A DNA stretch of 64,000 nt, from NCBI GenBank assembly GCA_951406725.2, contig OX597814.1, positions 61,504,001-61,568,000 on the forward strand, read 5' to 3'. Positions 1 through 12,910 of this stretch are shown piece after piece. This DNA is from Octopus vulgaris (lineage: Eukaryota). The notes under the pieces were generated by a model that had not been told where the DNA came from, did no database searches, and worked only from the letters and a program-made list of their open reading frames with translations. Made by a program: the position numbers and the translations under genes. The first letter of the stretch is position 1, and each line of letters opens with the position of its first letter.

Positions 1-504
1 AATGATGTCTGACTGTGGAGAATGTTATGTTGTGTCAGAGGACACAAGCTTTATTCCAAACACGAACTCAAAGGCCCCAAGAAACCACAATGCAAAGAGC
101 CAGAAGGAATATCATAATGCACCTCTTCCAACATTAACATTTATGTATTCCTTTGATGGACATTTTATTTCATTGACTCTGAAAAGACGAAAAGGCAAAA
201 TTGATCCAGATAAGATTTGAACTCAAAAAGTAGAAAACTGGAACAAATGTCCCACAATATTTTATCACAAGCTCTGACATTTTACTAACTTGATATTGGG
301 TTTTGTGTATGTTCTTGTGTGTATGAGTAAAACTCCAAAGAGACTGGGGTTGGTCTGCATTGGCAAGACATGAATTATTAATTATATTTGACAAAAATCA
401 GCATTTTCCTGAAGAAGGACTCAGTTTGAAACATTTTCCACTCTTCACATCAAGTTCACTATTTTTGGCAATTTTACCTACATATATATATATATATTTA
501 TAAA

Positions 505-740
505 GACCCCCTTCAGTCAAAAATGACCATGGGATTGCACCTAGAAAGTTCCACTCTAAGGCACAAGTCAGGGCAAGGTTGTTTGTAGAAGACTAGTAGT
601 TGCTCGTGTATACCAGTCTCCCCTCTCTATGCCACCGATGTTGTCCAAGAGAAAAGCAAAGACTGATACAGCTTGGCATCAGTGACGTAGCAACTCATTT
701 CCACAGCTGAATGAACAGGAGCAACATGAAATTGTCTTGT
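505..740 (-). repeat. SINE-like interspersed repeat
   Basis: Shares cccttcagtca...tgaccatgggattgcacctagaaagtt with 35443-35512. Strand is tentative. Confidence 0.5.
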
Positions 741-759
741 AATTGCTTCCATCTGATGT

Positions 760-1311
760 GCGAAGTTAAGTCCCATGTACATAGTCCCATGGTTTCGACT
801 GTTGCCCAATGACCAATTTGTACAGGTGGGAATTTAGATTGTCATGCAAAATACACCTTACTAATCTATTACCAATGCTAGGTTCAGTGGAATGCCTCTG
901 AGCAGAGCAATTAGGACTCCGTATCAAAGCTTGTCTGACGTATTCCACATTTTCTGGGGTCCTTACCGTTTTCCCCCCCACTGATCTCCTATTCCTTTGT
1001 GTACCTTGTATATGAAGTGCATTCACCCAACATAAGATTGTGTCATGGGTGGGAACAGACTGATTTTGTTGAATATTGAAGTAACTCCGAAACTCATGCT
1101 GAACTGCTGCAACAGACTCATTATTCTTCACATAACTGTCATAGGTAAACACGTGGTGCTCTATCGTCCACCGCACCATGGCTTCACCTGAAAAGAAAAA
1201 AAAAATTGCTAAGACACCATAGACCGAATGATACCGCTCAGACATATGTCCCTCCCACTGGGGCTGGGTAATAGCCATTTCAAAAACGTCCGTCCTCTCT
1301 ACCTCACCTTG
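760..1311 (-). mobile_element. Tc1/mariner-family transposon 5' fragment (HTH of DUF4817 type)
   Basis: ORF 766-1278 reads ESVAAVQHEFRSYF..PTHDTILCWV..TVRTPENVEYVRQALIRSP. TIR-like end ta|caaggtg on the minus strand at about 1311. Confidence 0.75.
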
Positions 1312-1339
1312 TATATGTGTATATATATATATATATGTA

Positions 1340-1945
1340 TATATCTGTGTGTGTGTTTCTATGTTTGTTCCCCCCCCCCTCCATCACCTGGAGTTGGTGT
1401 GTATACATGCCCTTAATTTAGTGGTTCAGCAAATGTGACCAATAGAATAAGTATTAGATTTCAAAAATAAACCCTGGTGTCGCTTTGTTCGACTAAAATC
1501 CTTCAAAGTGGTGCTCTAGCATGGCCATAGTCAAATGACTGAAACAAGTAAAAGAATATATATATTCTTTTATTTGTTTCAGTCATTTGACTGTGACCAT
1601 GCTAGAGCATCACTTTTAGTCGAACAAATCGACCCCAGGACTTATTCTTTGTAAGCCTAGTACTTATTCTATCGGTCTCTTTTGCTGAGCCAGTAAGTTA
1701 CGGGGACATACACACACCAACATTGGTTGTCAAGCAATGGTGGGGGGAAAAACACAGACACACAAACATATATATATACGTTGGGCTTCTTTCAGTTTCT
1801 GTCTACCAAATCCACTCATAAGGCTTTGGTCGGCCCAAGGCTGTAGTAGAAGACACTTGTCCAAGGTGCCATGCAGTGAGACTGAACCTGGAACCATGTG
1901 GTTGGTAAGCAAGCTTCTTACCACACAGCCACTCCTCTGCCTATA
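1340..1945. repeat. two tail-to-tail SINE copies (a + strand 3' half and a near full-length - strand tRNA-headed copy)
   Basis: 1435-1557 is the reverse complement of about 1563-1690. The head gtggctgtgtggtaagaagcttgctt..ggttcagt (A/B-box-like) is on the minus strand, and the same family occurs at 4086-4435. Confidence 0.8.
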
Positions 1946-4085
1946 TATAAGCATCTGTGAGCTAATGTAGTTTATTGCATAATTCGTAGTTACTTACTCA
2001 TTTATGCTCTATTCTCAACAAACATTTCCTTTTAAAGCACATGTATATTGAGTTCTAATAGCAGGTTATTAGTATCACTGTGTCTAAGCAAAATGTTAAT
2101 ATGTTTGTGTGTGTTGGCTTGTACAAAGGCATTTCTTGAGTTATAGAGGCATCACATTCTTAGTATTCTGGATTGCAAATTCTATTTTCTGAATGATTTC
2201 CATGTTAAAAATTATGATGCATTCCAATGAAATTTCTTCAGAAGAAAAAGAAGATTGTAATGCAATCACTTTTATGTGTGAAAATAACAAATTTTCAACA
2301 CACAACAGTACAGCATAAGAACATTTGAAGAGAGAGAGAGATATTACTGAATGAATACAAATACAGTTACAACATAGTACAGTATTTAAGGTGGTGAATA
2401 AGTTGAATTGTTAGAATGTGAAACAGATTGCTTTGTGTTATTCATTCCTGCACTCAGAATTCAAATAGTGCTAAGGTCGACTTTGCCTTTCTTTTCAGGG
2501 TTGATAAATAAAGAATGAGTCCTGTACTAGGGTTGATTTCTCTTTCTGTTTGTTTTTTTTTCTTCTTTTCTCATCTGTTCCTCTTTCTGGAAAAGATAGT
2601 CTGTAATCACACTTGGAGAAAGATGGACTGCACCCAAGTCTAAAAATACCCAAGACGTACCATGTATTGTGACTGGACCCCCTACAACTCCATCAGGAGG
2701 GCCCACAGCAAGTGCTGTGCATATTCATCACAAAAAAGACATCAACTGCTGTGTGATGGGAGGTGATGCAACATAATCCTTTTATAACTCCTCTTTGTAC
2801 CTCTGTCTTCACTTCTGTTTCATGGACTCCTCTCATTCTTCTTGAGTAAAGGTTAATGCACAACACTGTTTGTAGTTAAATCCAGAAGTGGGGAATCTTT
2901 TTAATGCAGCTGGCAAAAATTTCCAAAGAAAAAGGTCCACGAGTGGATCGCAAGTTCTAACTCTTATTTCTGTATAAATCTTGTATATATCTATGTATAA
3001 TTCGATATACATTATTAAAGATAGGTTTAACACATTAAGTTAATGCATAACATCTTCATTAATGCTGCCATTGAATTTAGGACATTTATATTACATATAT
3101 ATTTTTCAGCTTGAGTGTAGTTGGGTCTTAAGGGGCTGGTACAAACCTGGCAATGTGTTTTATAGTGAAAACAAAATTTCCATTCAAATGGCAATTACTG
3201 GATGATTTTTATTTGAGTCTGACCATTTTAAATCATAGAGAAAACATGACCTATATTGCAAATAGGCATAGAAATATTGTATAAATTTTAGAATTGAAAA
3301 ATTTACTATATTTTGTACATACGAGTATACCAGCCTGCGGGTACAATAAAATGCTATAGACAAAAAAACAACACCAAATAGTGCAACTGTAGAATTTGAG
3401 GAATATTGTGATTTTCTGTGGCAATAAGTAGTGGTCTTGTATACTCCAGATACAAGAATGGAAACCTCTTTCGAGGTGAAGTAATGATGTTAAAGTATGG
3501 AAGGAAAGACACGTATGATTAACTCCAGCAGTTAAACCATATCAGGCCAAAGTATTCTTCCTGTTTTATGTTCAAACCAGCCAGATCTGGCCACTCACAC
3601 CTACCCTATAATGTCATTCTAAAAGTAAACAATCACATCATCTTGAAGCTAAAGCAATATGAATAAATAAGCATTGCATTTGACAGAGCAATCTGAATGC
3701 TAAAGGGTTAAAGTCAGTAATGAGACCCAGGTCAGTTGGAAATTAAGGCATGCACAAAAATGGTATTAGTGAAGGAGAGTACAGGTAGTTGTAAGAAAGC
3801 ATGTTGAGAGCAATGCAAAGAAAATTCAGTTGAACTGATGTATGTAGAAATGAAGTGTGTGACATTGAAGGGAGTGGGTAGGTGTTGGCAAGAATGTCAA
3901 GAGCAATTAAAAACAAGGTCAGTTGAATTATTGCCTGTACAAATAAAATGAACAGGGAAGCGGATGTGGGTGGGGTTTTTTTGAAAAAATTTAGAGTAAT
4001 GAAAAGAGGAGAAGGGAAAGGAAGTGGGTGTGTTGGGAAAAATAAAAAATTGTTGGAGAAATAAATTAGATTTAAGGAATTGTAT

Positions 4086-4435
4086 AGGCACAGGCGTGGC
4101 TGTGTGGTAAGAAGCTTGCTTCCCAACCACATTGTTCCAGGTTCAGTTCCACTTTGTGGAACCTTGGGCAGGTGGCTTGTGAGTGAATTTGGTAGATGGA
4201 AACTCAAAGAAGCCTGTTGTATGTATCTATGTGTGTGATTGTGTTTGCCTTCACCACTTGACAACTGGTGTTGGTGTGTTTACATTCCAATAACTTAGCA
4301 GTTCGGCAATAGAGGCCAAGAGAATAAGTACTAGGCTTTAAAAAATTAACTCCTGGGTTCAATTTGACAGAAACCCTTCAAAGTGGTGCTCCAGCATGGT
4401 TGTAGTCAGATGACTGAAACAAGTGAAAGATAAGA
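4086..4435 (+). repeat. tRNA-derived SINE; other copies at about 21200-21580, 35585-35750, 57440-57885 (-) and 59900-60080 (-)
   Basis: Head ggcgtggctgtgtggtaagaagcttgcttcccaaccac..ggttcagttcc and tail gactgaaacaagt..aaga recur across the window. Confidence 0.8.
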
Positions 4436-5304
4436 AAGACTATAAACAAAAGAAATGTACAGAGAATTGAGGCAGAAAAATGAGAGAAGTGGTTGTGTAC
4501 CTTAAAGTATCATATCAAATATATTATTTTCCCTACCCAAAAAATTATGATTTAGGTTTTTAAAATTGTTAAAATTTGCTCTAGTTTCTGTAAGGGTAGA
4601 ATTGCCAGCCATATCCCCAAATTAGGGGTCATATTTCAAATTTTCATTTCCATAGGTGCAGAATTCTATAACATGGAGGATATCTGTATATCAGTATTTT
4701 TTTCTCCACAGAAAGAATGAAAAAGACACTAGTTTACAATTGTCACAGTACAGCAACAGTGGAAATCTGCAGCATATACTGACTCCTTAAAAGTAAATAG
4801 ATACCTCTCGTTGTACCATTTTACCCATGTGGATGGATACTTCCTGGTGTTTCAAACTTGTTAACTTATTGTGCACAAGGCATGTCCACTAAATACTAGA
4901 TTAAGTATTTAAAGGCATCAAATGACATTTTCTTTTTTAGAAATAAATCTTTCAAAAATGATAGTGTCTATTTAATTTCGAGCTGGGTCTATGGTGAAAA
5001 AAGTTTGAGCTCAGTCCCATTACACTGCACCTTGGGCAAATATAGATCTAGGTTGACCAAAGCTTTGTCAGTGGATTTGGTAGAGAGAAACTGAAAGATG
5101 GCCAGTTTATATATGTGTATATATATACATACATGCACATATATATGTACACACACATATACGTCAGACCTATCGGACTGTCCAAACCTTGCTAGTGAGG
5201 AAGGCATGTTAAAAAAATGATGTGTGTGTGTATATACATACAAACACGCACTTACCCTTGGTATTTATGTGTACATTTATGTGTCTCTCTCTCGTGTATA
5301 TATA

Positions 5305-7855
5305 TCATCATCATCATCATCGTTTAGCGTCCGTTTTCCATGCTAGCATGGGTTGGACGGTTCTACTGGGGTCTGTGAAGCCAGAAGGCTTCATCAGGCC
5401 CAGTCAAATCTGGCAGTGTTTCTACGGCTGGATGCCCTTCCTAACGCCAACCCCTCCGTGAGTGTAGTGGGTGCTTTTTACGTGCCACCCGCACAGGTGC
5501 CAGACAGAACTGGCAAACGGCCACGAACGGATGGTGCTTTTTATGTGCCACCGACACAAGGGCCAGGTGAGGCTGGCAACGGACACGAAACAGGGCGGTG
5601 CTGGCAACGGTCGCGAAACGGAAGGTTCTCTTACATGCCACCGGCACTGGTAACACATCTGCAATTTCCATTGATCGATTTCCATTCTGATCCTCACTTG
5701 CCTCAACGGGTCTTCACAAGTAGAGTTTCGACATGCCACCAGCACTGGTAACACATCTGCAATTTCCATTGATCGATTTCCATTCTGATCCTCACTTGCC
5801 TCAACAGGTCTTCACAAGTAGAGTATCGACATGCCACCGGCACTGGTAACACATCTGCAATTTCCATTGATCGATTTCGATTCTGATCCTCACTTGCCTC
5901 AACAGGTCTTCACAAGTAGAGTTTTGTGTCCCAAGAAGGGAAGGTATGCATACGTAGGCTGGCTCCATCCCAAGTAGAAGGCCACGGGTTATGGACTCAC
6001 TTGTCCTGCCGGGTCTTCTCGCGCACAGCACACTTCCAGAGGACTCGGTCTCTAGTCATTTCCTCAGTGAGACCTAAAGTTCGAAGGTCATGCTTCACCA
6101 CCTCGTCCCAGGTTTTCCCGAGTCTGCCTCTTCCACAGGTTCCCTCAACTGCTAGGGTGTGGCACTTTTTCACACAACTATCTTCATCCATTCTCGCCAC
6201 ATGACCATACCAGCGCAAACGTCTCTCTTGCACACCACAACTGATGCTTCTTAGGTCCAGCTTTTCTCTCAAGGTACTTACACTCTATCGATTATGAACA
6301 CTGACATTACACATCCATCGGAGCATACTGGCTTCATTTCTTGCGAGCTTACGCATATCCTCAGCAGTCACGGCCCATGTTTCACTGCCATGTAGCATGG
6401 CTGTTCGTACACACGCATCATACAGTCTGCCTTTCACTCTGTGCGAGAGGCCTTTTGTCACCAGCAGAGGTAAGAGCTCTCTGAACTTTGCCCAAGCTAT
6501 TCTTACTCTAGCAGTTACACTTTCAGCACACCCGCCCCCGCTGCTGACTTGGTCACCTAGGTAACGGAAACTATCAACTATTTCTAGTTTTTCTCCCTAG
6601 AAAGTGACGGAAGTTGGTCTCAGAGCATTTTCAGTGTTTATTGTTCCTGAGCATCTGCCACATACAAAAACCATCTTCCTAGTTAGCCTTCCTTTGACAT
6701 TGCTGCACCTCTTATGTGTCCATAGCTTACACTTGGTGCATCTTATAGAGTTTCTACCTACACCTTTTCTACAGATCGAGCAGGGCCATCTACCTGAAGG
6801 CGTTTGTGATTTGTCTACCTTCCTACTGATTACGACTTTGGTTTTAGCTAGATTGACTCTGAGGCCCTTCAATTCTAATCCTTGTTTCCACACCTGAAAC
6901 TTCTCCTCCAGTTCTGATAGCGACTCAGCAATTAGAGCAAGGTCATCAGCATAGAGGAGCTCCCAAGGGCATCCTGTCTTGAATTCCTCCGTTATTGCCT
7001 GGAGGACTATGATAAATAGGAGGGGGCTGAGTACTGAGCCTTGGTGGACCCCTACCTCTACCCGGAATTCTTCACTGTACTCATTTCCAACCCTCACCCT
7101 ACTAGCAGCGTCCCTATACATGGCCCGCACAGCTCTCACTAACCATTCATCTATCCCTAGTTTCCTCATTGCCCACCAGATAAGGGATCGGGGGACCCTG
7201 TCGAAGGCTTTCTCCATGTCAACAAAAGCCAGGTACAGGGGCTTATCTTTGGCTAGGTATTTCTCCTGCAGCTGCCTTACTAGGAATATAGCATCAGTAG
7301 TACTTTTCCCTGGCACAAACCCAAACTGCATCTCATCTAAACTAACTCTCTCTCTAATTAGTTGGGCTATGACCCTCTCCGTAACCTTCATCACCTGATC
7401 CAACAGCTTGATACCTCTGTAGTTATTTGTATCTAGGGCGTCACCTTTACCTTTGTAGCAGTTGACTATTATGCTGCTACACCAGTCATTGGGTATGACT
7501 CCTTTGTGTATCACCTGATTAACTATATGGGTGACTAGGCTATAGCTGACACTACCAGACATTTTGAGCATCTCTGCAGTGATTCCTGATGGGCCTGAGG
7601 CTTTTCCTGTCTTCATGCTTCTAATTGCCTTAGCTACCACGGAACTATCAACTCGGATAGCTGGTCCCTCTGTTGGGTCAACATTCGGCAGACTCTTTAT
7701 CCCATTCATTTTCTTTATTCAGCAAACTTTCATAGTGGCATCTCCAAACCTCTCTCTTTGCATCCTCATTTAGCGCAAGTGAACCATCTTCCATGCAAAC
7801 ACACTTCTCTCCTACCACATCACGATTCTCTCTCACACACTGTCTTGCAACTCGA
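5305..7855 (-). mobile_element. RTE-clade LINE, 5'-truncated: RT, Cys/His finger, C-terminus, 3'UTR and (GAT)n tail
   Basis: ORF 6597-7709 has NYRGIKLL, QFGFVPG, FVDMEKAFD, HQGSVLSPLLF and YADD. The same frame continues past two TAG stops (6597, 6285) to RLRWYGHVARM..GRGR at 5997. A frameshifted upstream piece lies at 7678-7850, and (cat)n at 5305-5320 is the tail. Confidence 0.93.
5633..5924. repeat. 3 x 98-bp tandem repeat inside the RTE 3'UTR
   Basis: Units start at 5633, 5731 and 5829 (acatgccacc.gcactggtaacacatctgc...). Confidence 0.9.
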
Positions 7856-8091
7856 ATCCGCTTTCCATGTTGGATTGGGTTGGATGGTTTGACTGGGGGC
7901 TGGCAAACCAGAAGGCTGTACCAGGCTCCAAGCCAATCTAGCAAAGTTTCTACAGCTGGATGCCCTTACTAATGCCAACCACTTCGAGTGTGTAGTGGGC
8001 ACTTTTTATATGCCACCAGCATGAGGGCCAGTCAGGTGGTACTGGTATTGACCACACTTGAATGGTGCTTTTTACATGCCACCAACACGGT

Positions 8092-9990
8092 TTACCACAA
8101 TTTACTTCCTCCCCAAAATCCATAAACCTAACAACCCTGGCTGCTCCATCGTCTCAGCCTGCAACTGCCCTACCAAACTAAAAACAATCATCTGTAATGG
8201 GCTGATGGTTCCAGGACAGCAATTATAATTAGGTGAACACAGTCCCCAAAATTCACCTAATTATAATTGCCGTCCTGGAACCATCTGCCCGTTACAAACC
8301 CATTGCAGAAGACATAATGTAATTTACAAATGCACGGTCTTTAATCTATTACACAACTCTACAGCCATATACATAGGCTCAACCAAAACTTTTAAGCAAC
8401 GATATGCCACTCACCTCCATTCTTTAGATATGATAAACATAGTAAATCTACAACACTCGCCAACCACATACATCATCTCGAAAAATACAAATATACCCTA
8501 TACTCTAACGTGGTCCATACTGGACTCAGGACTTCCCTACTGAGGTTAATGCTCAACCTGAAAATTTTGTCTGAAGGAAGCACTTCACATATTAAAGCAC
8601 AACTCTCCAGAACTGCTAAATAAACATAATGAGGCACTAAGCACATGCAACCACTGCTTTTTTCACACATTCAAATTCTACCACAAATCCAAATACCTAA
8701 ATGACCATACAGTACATTTCCACAATACCCCTTAAGTAATTCCAATAACCTTATAAATCTACATTCTAACTCCTAATCCCTATCTAATTCCTCACTCATA
8801 TTTGAATATCACATATTTGTGTGTACGTGTATCCATCCATGTGTGCATGTATATGTATGAGTGAGTATATGTGGATATGTATGAGTGAATGTATGCGTAC
8901 ATGTATGTATGTGTGAATGTACGTATGTATGCAAGGTATATATACCTGCGTATACAGGGGTGATAATACATGCAGATGCACATGTGTGCATATACATACA
9001 AGTGAGAGTTGTATATGTAGATATTGATATGTATAAACATCTGTATAAATAAATATATATATATATGTCTAATATATACATATGTATACATCTTCACATA
9101 TATTTTCTTATATTACTAAGCATTAACCTGCCAAACCATCTAAATTCCTAAATTCTTCTTTCATTACTACTTACCCTCTCTCTGTCCCATCACTTAGACT
9201 CTACCACTTCACATTTGTCACTCCTTTACCTTTTATCACCCACCCCCATTCCTTCTATCTTTTTACACTCTAATACCTTTCTCTCTCTATCACCCTTTAT
9301 CTCCCCACTCCTACTTTCAAATTATCTCCACTGACCACTGGTACACTTTCCCTTATCTATATCTTTGTTTTTCTTTTTTCTTTCTTTCCTTTATTCCTCT
9401 CTTCCTATTTTTTATATTTTTTAATTTTATTTTTATTACTTTTTTCTCTCTTTTTCTCTCTTCTTTTTCTCTTTCTTTATTCCTCTCTTCCTGAGCCTAC
9501 TAATACACTCCCTATTTTTAGGTCACTTTAAATAAAACCCTTGATTCAATAACACTGTATAAACTCTCTACTTGGAATGGCCAATTTTAAATACTATTGG
9601 ATTTTACTCATTAGGTATTGGAATCTTATAGTATACCATTCTGCCTAAAAAATGGATCTACAAATACATTATTCCTACATATCTCACATCTATTTTCTTT
9701 CCTCCACCTCAATCTCTATTTTGTATCTTTTCTAAATTAATTATTACTTAACCATCCTCTCACACTGTCTCCGATGAAGGGATATAATAAATATCCTGGA
9801 AACAGCTGTAAGACCTTCTATTTATAAATGTTCTAAAATCTACACAGCCTTGGTTTTTTATCTCATTATGAAAAAAATTTATTACATACATATGCTGACA
9901 TATGACCAACGTTGAACTCCTTATTTGCATAATCACCGAACCTGGAACTTAACCTTTGGGTATCAATGACACCATTACCTCTCATAACCT
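8092..9990 (+). mobile_element. Penelope-like element relics: short RT piece, GIY-YIG endonuclease, 3' region with hammerhead motif
   Basis: About 8097-8180 reads IYFLPKIHKPNNPGCSIVSACNCPT. About 8265-8420 reads NCRPGTICPLQTHCRRHNVIYKCTV..IYIGSTKTFKQRYATH. Hammerhead-like motif at 9767. Confidence 0.8.
9767..9816 (+). ncRNA. minimal type I hammerhead-ribozyme-like motif (variant core CCGAUGA)
   Basis: gtct-ccgatga-(ggatat..atatcc)-gaaa-cagctg-ta-agac, with palindromic stem III acagctgt. Confidence 0.65.
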
Positions 9991-9996
9991 CTCCTC

Positions 9997-10028
<32 letters not shown>

Positions 10029-11169
10029 TTTATATATATTTATACTCTGTGTGTGTGTATAATCATCATCATCATTATCGTTTAATGGCCATTTTCCATT
10101 CTGGCATAGGTTGGACAGTTTGAATGAGCTGGCAAGCCAGAGGACTGCACCAACCTTTACTGTTTGTTTTGGTATGGTTTTTATAGCTGGATGCCTTTCC
10201 TAACGCCAACTGCTTTACAGAGTGGACTGAATGCCTTTTACGTGGTATTGGTACCAATGGGATCTCACAAGTAACTCGCAAGACAAAGATCCTTTGTGAG
10301 GAAGTGGCTTTGTGCCAGGTACTCAATATAAAAAACACATAGTAGTGCTCAAATGGTTTGAACTTACACTCTACAGCTATTTTGCTGATCTTTCCACCCT
10401 AATGAAGTAGGATGGTTTTACTGTAATGTTTATATGCATCCTTGACTGGTTGCATATCTTTGACTTTTTGCACACTATATCTGCTGCTTATGAACATTAT
10501 AACTATTACATAATTCCGAGTCCCCCAAAACAGCTGTTAGACTTGAAATACCATACTTTCTCTTAGTTTTCTGTATTTTTTGTATCCATGTAAGTTTAGT
10601 TTGTAAATATATAAATAGCTATATGCTTATACATGACTGTTCATCTTCTGAATATTTTCAGTTTTTGCTTCATTCTCTATATATATTTACATGTGTATAT
10701 GTATGTATATTTTATATCTCAAGCCCAAACATGTTCATATGCTTCACTCTCTCTCTCTCTCTCTCTCTCTCATACACACACACACATTTTTTCCCCTATC
10801 CACTGTAATAATGGTCCTCAAATAGTGGTAGTTAAAAAAAAAATTTAATTAAAAGAAAAATACTGGGTCCATTGGACCCAGTTGGTAATTAGTGATGTAC
10901 ATTTTCTCTGATAGATCAAGGGTTAAAGGTGTTCCACTTACTGCTATGTTGGTGGTCTTTTCTGATTACTAAAATATTTCCCTAGTGATTAATTTATCAC
11001 TCATCTTAGGTAAGGGATGTCAGGATAAGAGCTAGACTGATTCACTGTCATTAGATAATTTGAAAGATAGGATGGAAGCTGAAAGAATCTTTGTTATATG
11101 TACGTTCAAAGAAATACTATGCAATGGTTATGACAAAAAGAAGATAAAGACTTACAACATAAAGGACAA

Positions 11170-11550
11170 TTGATAGTTTCTTGAGGACAGCATGCTGCAA
11201 GCCACAAACCAGATCTTAGAAAGAAGGGAAGGTAGAGGAGAGTGAGGAACAATATTAGGTTGTTAGAATGGAAAAACAGACATCAGGTATACTTAGCAAG
11301 GAGAGAAGCTGAAAGAGAGTTGCCAGTGTTTTCGCTAGAGGGTTGTGAGGTGTTCCAAATTGCAAAGCTGTGTGTCGGTATGAATCAGGTGATCATTAAT
11401 GAAAAGTTTGTAACAAATGATAGCAGTGCACTCATGTGAACTGATGCCAAGAAGAAAAAGATATGGAAATGATTTAATTGGAGGCTGTTGAATGAAGAGA
11501 ATGCATGGGAGAGCCAAGCTAACCCAAGTCAACCCAATAAAGGAAGTAGC
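11170..11550 (+). mobile_element. degenerate RTE LINE fragment
   Basis: VFQIAKLCVGMNQVIINEKFVTNDSSAL aligns by eye with VARQCVRENRDVVGEKCVCMEDGSLAL of the RTE at 7678-7850. Confidence 0.6.
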
Positions 11551-12298
11551 TAAAGATACATATATATCTGTTAATACTGCTTTCTACTTCTTCTAATGAA
11601 ACAAAATGACATTTTATCTCATTGAGTGTTGGACCATTAAAACAGATCTAATAATTTGTTTTCAAACTTTTCTGTCAAATTGTTAAGGAATTTTATATTA
11701 GAGATACTGACACTTAATTTTGTCAAAGCCTGACAGATGGAAAGTTGAATCAGGTTCAGAACTTCACTCTACTCTCTTAGCTGCCTCCACAACCTGAAAA
11801 TAACTTTAAATTGACTACAGAAACATTCTACACATGTCAGGATATTTATTTTCTTGAGATGCACCTTCCTGTAACTTCAGGGTATACTCTGCCACATCTT
11901 CACCACCATCGTCTTTCTATTCCAGCTGGAGTAACCACATATCTCCCCCAACAGCGAAACACCTACTTCAATTCTACTTGCCCTCCTCCTCAGTTAAGGG
12001 GTTCTTGTCTTGTTTTGTGAGCTACATGGTAATCTTGCTAATACTGGTACCACGTAGAAAAGCACTCAGGACACTGTAGACTGGTTGGCATTAGGAAGGG
12101 CATACAGCCATAGAGATTATATGCCAAAGCAGACATTGCAATTTGGCATAATCATCTGGCTCGCTGTCTAAACCATAACAGACTGGCAAAATGGGCATTA
12201 GATGATGATGATAATGAGATAGACAGTTTGATACTAGATGAAGTTGGAAGTCAACAAGCTTATTTCTGGATATAAGTTGTTTAGTTTGATATAGAGAG

Positions 12299-12690
12299 AA
12301 TACCAAACGAGTTCCCTATGGATACCGTATTTATTACAACGAGTGGCTTGTAAACGTATCTAACGAGCGAAAGCCACGAGTTGTAATAAATACGGTATCC
12401 ATAGGGAATGAGTTTGGTATTTTATTTATTACACACGAATAAACGACCATATTTTATTAACCCAATAATTAAATTCTTCACGTTTAGTTGTAACTTATGA
12501 ATGACAAAAGTAATGCCGTCACCGTGACCTTGGGTCATCATCATGAATTGACCAATCAGAAGCAGCGCTGTCACCGTGACCTCGGGTCATCACCATGGAT
12601 TGACCAATCAGAAGCAGCGCTCGCAGTATCTGACATATGTTAGATACCAAAAATATCTCAAAGTGTTCTCACTCACATGTGTGTAATAAT
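12299..12690. mobile_element. palindromic non-autonomous DNA element (MITE- or Crypton-like), family uncertain
   Basis: 51-bp inverted arms at 12299-12349 and 12371-12421, a second short inverted pair ttattacaca/tgtgtaataa, and an internal 2 x 52-bp tandem. CpG-richer than the flanks. Confidence 0.55.
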
Positions 12691-12702
12691 TCAAAGCATT
12701 AG

Positions 12703-12910
12703 GGCAGTGACCTGGCAGAATCATTAGCAGACCAGGCAAAATGCTTAACAGCATTTTGTCTGTCTTTACATTCTGAGTTCAAATTCTGCCAAATTCAAAT
12801 TTGCCTTTTGGGGTTGATAAAATAAGTACCACTTGAGTATTGGGGTTGATGTAATTGACTTATTCCCTCCCCCAAACTTACTGGCCTTGTACCAAAATTT
12901 GAAACCAATA
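12703..12910 (+). repeat. second tRNA-like SINE family; copies at about 2390-2540, 18660-18870 (-), 23400-23600, 24240-24440, 37330-37445, 38699-38915 and 60513-60600
   Basis: Recurrent ctggcagaatcattagca..aaaatgctta..ttctgagttcaaattctgcc..tttgccttt..gataaaataagtacca. Confidence 0.8.

Noticed and set aside
405-440. ctgaaga..gaaac hammerhead-like words
   Set aside because: No convincing stem I or stem III, and stem II is mostly G-U pairs.
2-460. ORFs 2-220 and 170-394 as a second host gene
   Set aside because: No recognisable domain or splice pattern, and the region overlaps a decayed SINE.
4086-4170. tRNA-like sequences
   Set aside because: These are SINE heads with A/B-box similarity but no complete cloverleaf, and they continue into the SINE body.
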